The translations under genes and the position numbers were made by a program. From the sequence record SRR22947727_447: a DNA stretch of 47,132 nucleotides; one strand, written 5' to 3'. The notes below the pieces were generated by a model that saw nothing but the letters and a program-made list of their open reading frames with translations, was not told the DNA's origin and did no database searches. This document shows, piece after piece, positions 45,216-47,132 of this stretch (the stretch's first letter is position 1; each line of letters starts with the position of its first letter).

Positions 45216-47132
45216 ATGTTCACAAATCAGACTGAGAGAATAAATTTTGCATCCACTAAGAATATTCCGGCTTATCCAGATTTCTTAGACATTCAGATTA
45301 AATCGTTTCAGGATTTTTTCCAGTTAGAAACAAAATCTGACGAAAGGGGCAATGAAGGATTGTACAACACCTTCATGGAAAACTTTCCAATCACTGACAC
45401 CAGAAACCAATTCGTTTTAGAATTTCTTGATTATTTTATTGATCCTCCAAGATATTCTATTCAAGAGTGTATTGAGAGAGGTTTAACTTATAGTGTTCCT
45501 TTGAAGGCAAGACTTAAGTTGTACTGTACAGATCCAGAGCATGAAGATTTTGAGACCATCGTTCAAGACGTGTATTTGGGAACCATCCCTTATATGACGC
45601 CAAGCGGTACATTTGTTATTAATGGCGCAGAGCGTGTGGTTGTTTCTCAGTTACACCGTTCACCAGGTGTGTTCTTTGGACAGTCTTTCCACGCAAACGG
45701 TACTAAGTTATATTCTGCCAGAGTGATTCCTTTTAAAGGATCTTGGATTGAATTTGCTACCGATATTAATGGGGTAATGTATGCCTACATTGATAGAAAG
45801 AAAAAATTACCAGTAACGACATTATTCAGGGCCATAGGTTTTGAAAGTGACAAAGATATCCTTGAGATTTTCGATTTATCTGAAGAGATTAAAGTATCAA
45901 ATGCTGGACTTAAAAAAGTTTTAGGAAGAAAGTTAGCAGCAAGAGTTTTAAATACTTGGCATGAAGACTTTGTAGATGAAGACACTGGAGAAGTGGTTTC
46001 AATTGAGCGTAATGAGATTATTTTAGACAGGGATACTGTTTTAGAAAAAGACCATATCGCAGAAATTATGGAAGCAGATGTGAAGACCATACTTTTGCAT
46101 AAAGAGAGTACTGGTGCATCTGATTATTCTATTATTCACAACACCTTACAGAAAGACCCAACCAACTCAGAAAAAGAAGCGGTTGAACATATTTACAGAC
46201 AATTGCGTAATGCTGAGCCGCCAGATGAAGAAACGGCTAGAGGTATTATAGACAAGTTATTCTTTTCAGAGCAACGTTACAATTTAGGTGACGTAGGACG
46301 TTATAGAATGAATAAAAAATTAGGCCTTGATATTGGAATGGACAAACAAGTTTTGACCAAAGAAGATATTATTACAATCATTAAATATTTAATAGAGCTT
46401 ATTAACTCTAAAGAAGAAATTGATGATATTGACCACCTTTCAAACAGACGTGTTCGTACTGTAGGGGAGCAGTTATCTCAGCAATTTGGTGTTGGTCTTG
46501 CGCGTATGGCAAGAACCATCAGAGAGCGTATGAATGTGAGAGATAACGAGGTATTTACACCTATTGACTTAATTAACGCGAAGACTTTGTCTTCTGTGAT
46601 TAATTCTTTCTTTGGAACAAACCAACTGTCTCAGTTTATGGATCAAACCAATCCATTGGCAGAGATTACGCACAAGAGAAGATTGTCGGCCCTTGGGCCT
46701 GGTGGTCTTTCAAGAGAACGCGCTGGATTTGAGGTACGTGATGTGCATTACACACACTACGGAAGATTATGTCCTATTGAAACACCGGAAGGACCAAACA
46801 TTGGTCTTATTTCTTCTTTAGCGGTTTACGCTAAAGTGAATCAAATGGGATTCTTAGAAACGCCTTATAGAAAAGTAACTAAAGGGAAAGTAAATACAGA
46901 AGAGTATACTTACCTAAGTGCAGAAGAAGAAGAAGGCATGAAAATTGCACAGGCCAATATTCCTATGAAGAAGGACGGTGTAATTGATACAGATAAAGTC
47001 ATTGCAAGAGAAGAAGGAGATTTTCCAGTAGTTGACCCATCTGAGGTGCATTACACAGATGTTGCTCCTAATCAGATTGCTTCTATTTCTGCCTCTTTAA
47101 TTCCTTTCTTAGAGCATGATGATGCAAACAGA
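45216..47132 (+). CDS. rpoB: RNA polymerase beta subunit, 5' part (runs off the window)
   Basis: Not in the ORF track (no stop codon in the window). [13 protein letters not shown]..., [17 protein letters not shown], rifampicin region [33 protein letters not shown], ends LEHDDANR. Confidence 0.98.
   Translation, partial: MFTNQTERINFASTKNIPAYPDFLDIQIKSFQDFFQLETKSDERGNEGLYNTFMENFPITDTRNQFVLEFLDYFIDPPRYSIQECIERGLTYSVPLKARLKLYCTDPEHEDFETIVQDVYLGTIPYMTPSGTFVINGAERVVVSQLHRSPGVFFGQSFHANGTKLYSARVIPFKGSWIEFATDINGVMYAYIDRKKKLPVTTLFRAIGFESDKDILEIFDLSEEIKVSNAGLKKVLGRKLAARVLNTWHEDFVDEDTGEVVSIERNEIILDRDTVLEKDHIAEIMEADVKTILLHKESTGASDYSIIHNTLQKDPTNSEKEAVEHIYRQLRNAEPPDEETARGIIDKLFFSEQRYNLGDVGRYRMNKKLGLDIGMDKQVLTKEDIITIIKYLIELINSKEEIDDIDHLSNRRVRTVGEQLSQQFGVGLARMARTIRERMNVRDNEVFTPIDLINAKTLSSVINSFFGTNQLSQFMDQTNPLAEITHKRRLSALGPGGLSRERAGFEVRDVHYTHYGRLCPIETPEGPNIGLISSLAVYAKVNQMGFLETPYRKVTKGKVNTEEYTYLSAEEEEGMKIAQANIPMKKDGVIDTDKVIAREEGDFPVVDPSEVHYTDVAPNQIASISASLIPFLEHDDANR

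Noticed and set aside
46600..46720. Possible rifampicin-resistance substitutions in rpoB
   Set aside because: Cluster I reads [23 protein letters not shown], retaining the usual sensitive-type Q, D, H, R and S residues.

Overview
Gene-dense, AT-rich core-chromosome segment of a Bacteroidota bacterium, most likely Flavobacteriaceae. The assignment rests on many TAnnTTTG (-7) promoter boxes, A-rich translation starts lacking Shine-Dalgarno (SD) sequences, a strong SD seen only at rpsU, and the rpsU-xerC-hpf-tRNA-tuf gene order. Contents from left to right: a partial histidine kinase missed by the ORF track; gap; lipA; two ECF sigma factors with an anti-sigma and a small 4-Cys membrane protein; murB; an aminotransferase; valS; an AGMO-like sterol desaturase-family gene; an rsfS-ftsH-LUD-cdsA-psd-ACBP operon; birA; divergent pyrE/NUDIX; coaD; ddl; a PASTA protein; RluA; yaaA; a secreted M20 peptidase; a complete trpEGDCFBA operon with an unannotated Trp-Trp-Trp leader peptide and attenuator; MarR-YceI; rhodanese-PspC-K+ channel; an AGCS symporter; a ComEA-like gene; an acyl-CoA dehydrogenase; rpsU; xerC; hpf; five tRNAs; tuf; secE; nusG; rplKAJL; and the 5' part of rpoB. 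I found no mobile element, CRISPR array, prophage or defence system, and cannot support a claim of a wholly new multi-gene system. The best leads are regulatory or small-protein features: an apparently leaderless trp attenuator peptide and other candidate leaderless genes, a sensor-less kinase coupled to gap, an NqrM-like Cys microprotein, the rpsU SD, and a tandem MarR operator. All product calls come from motif recognition by eye; no database search was run.
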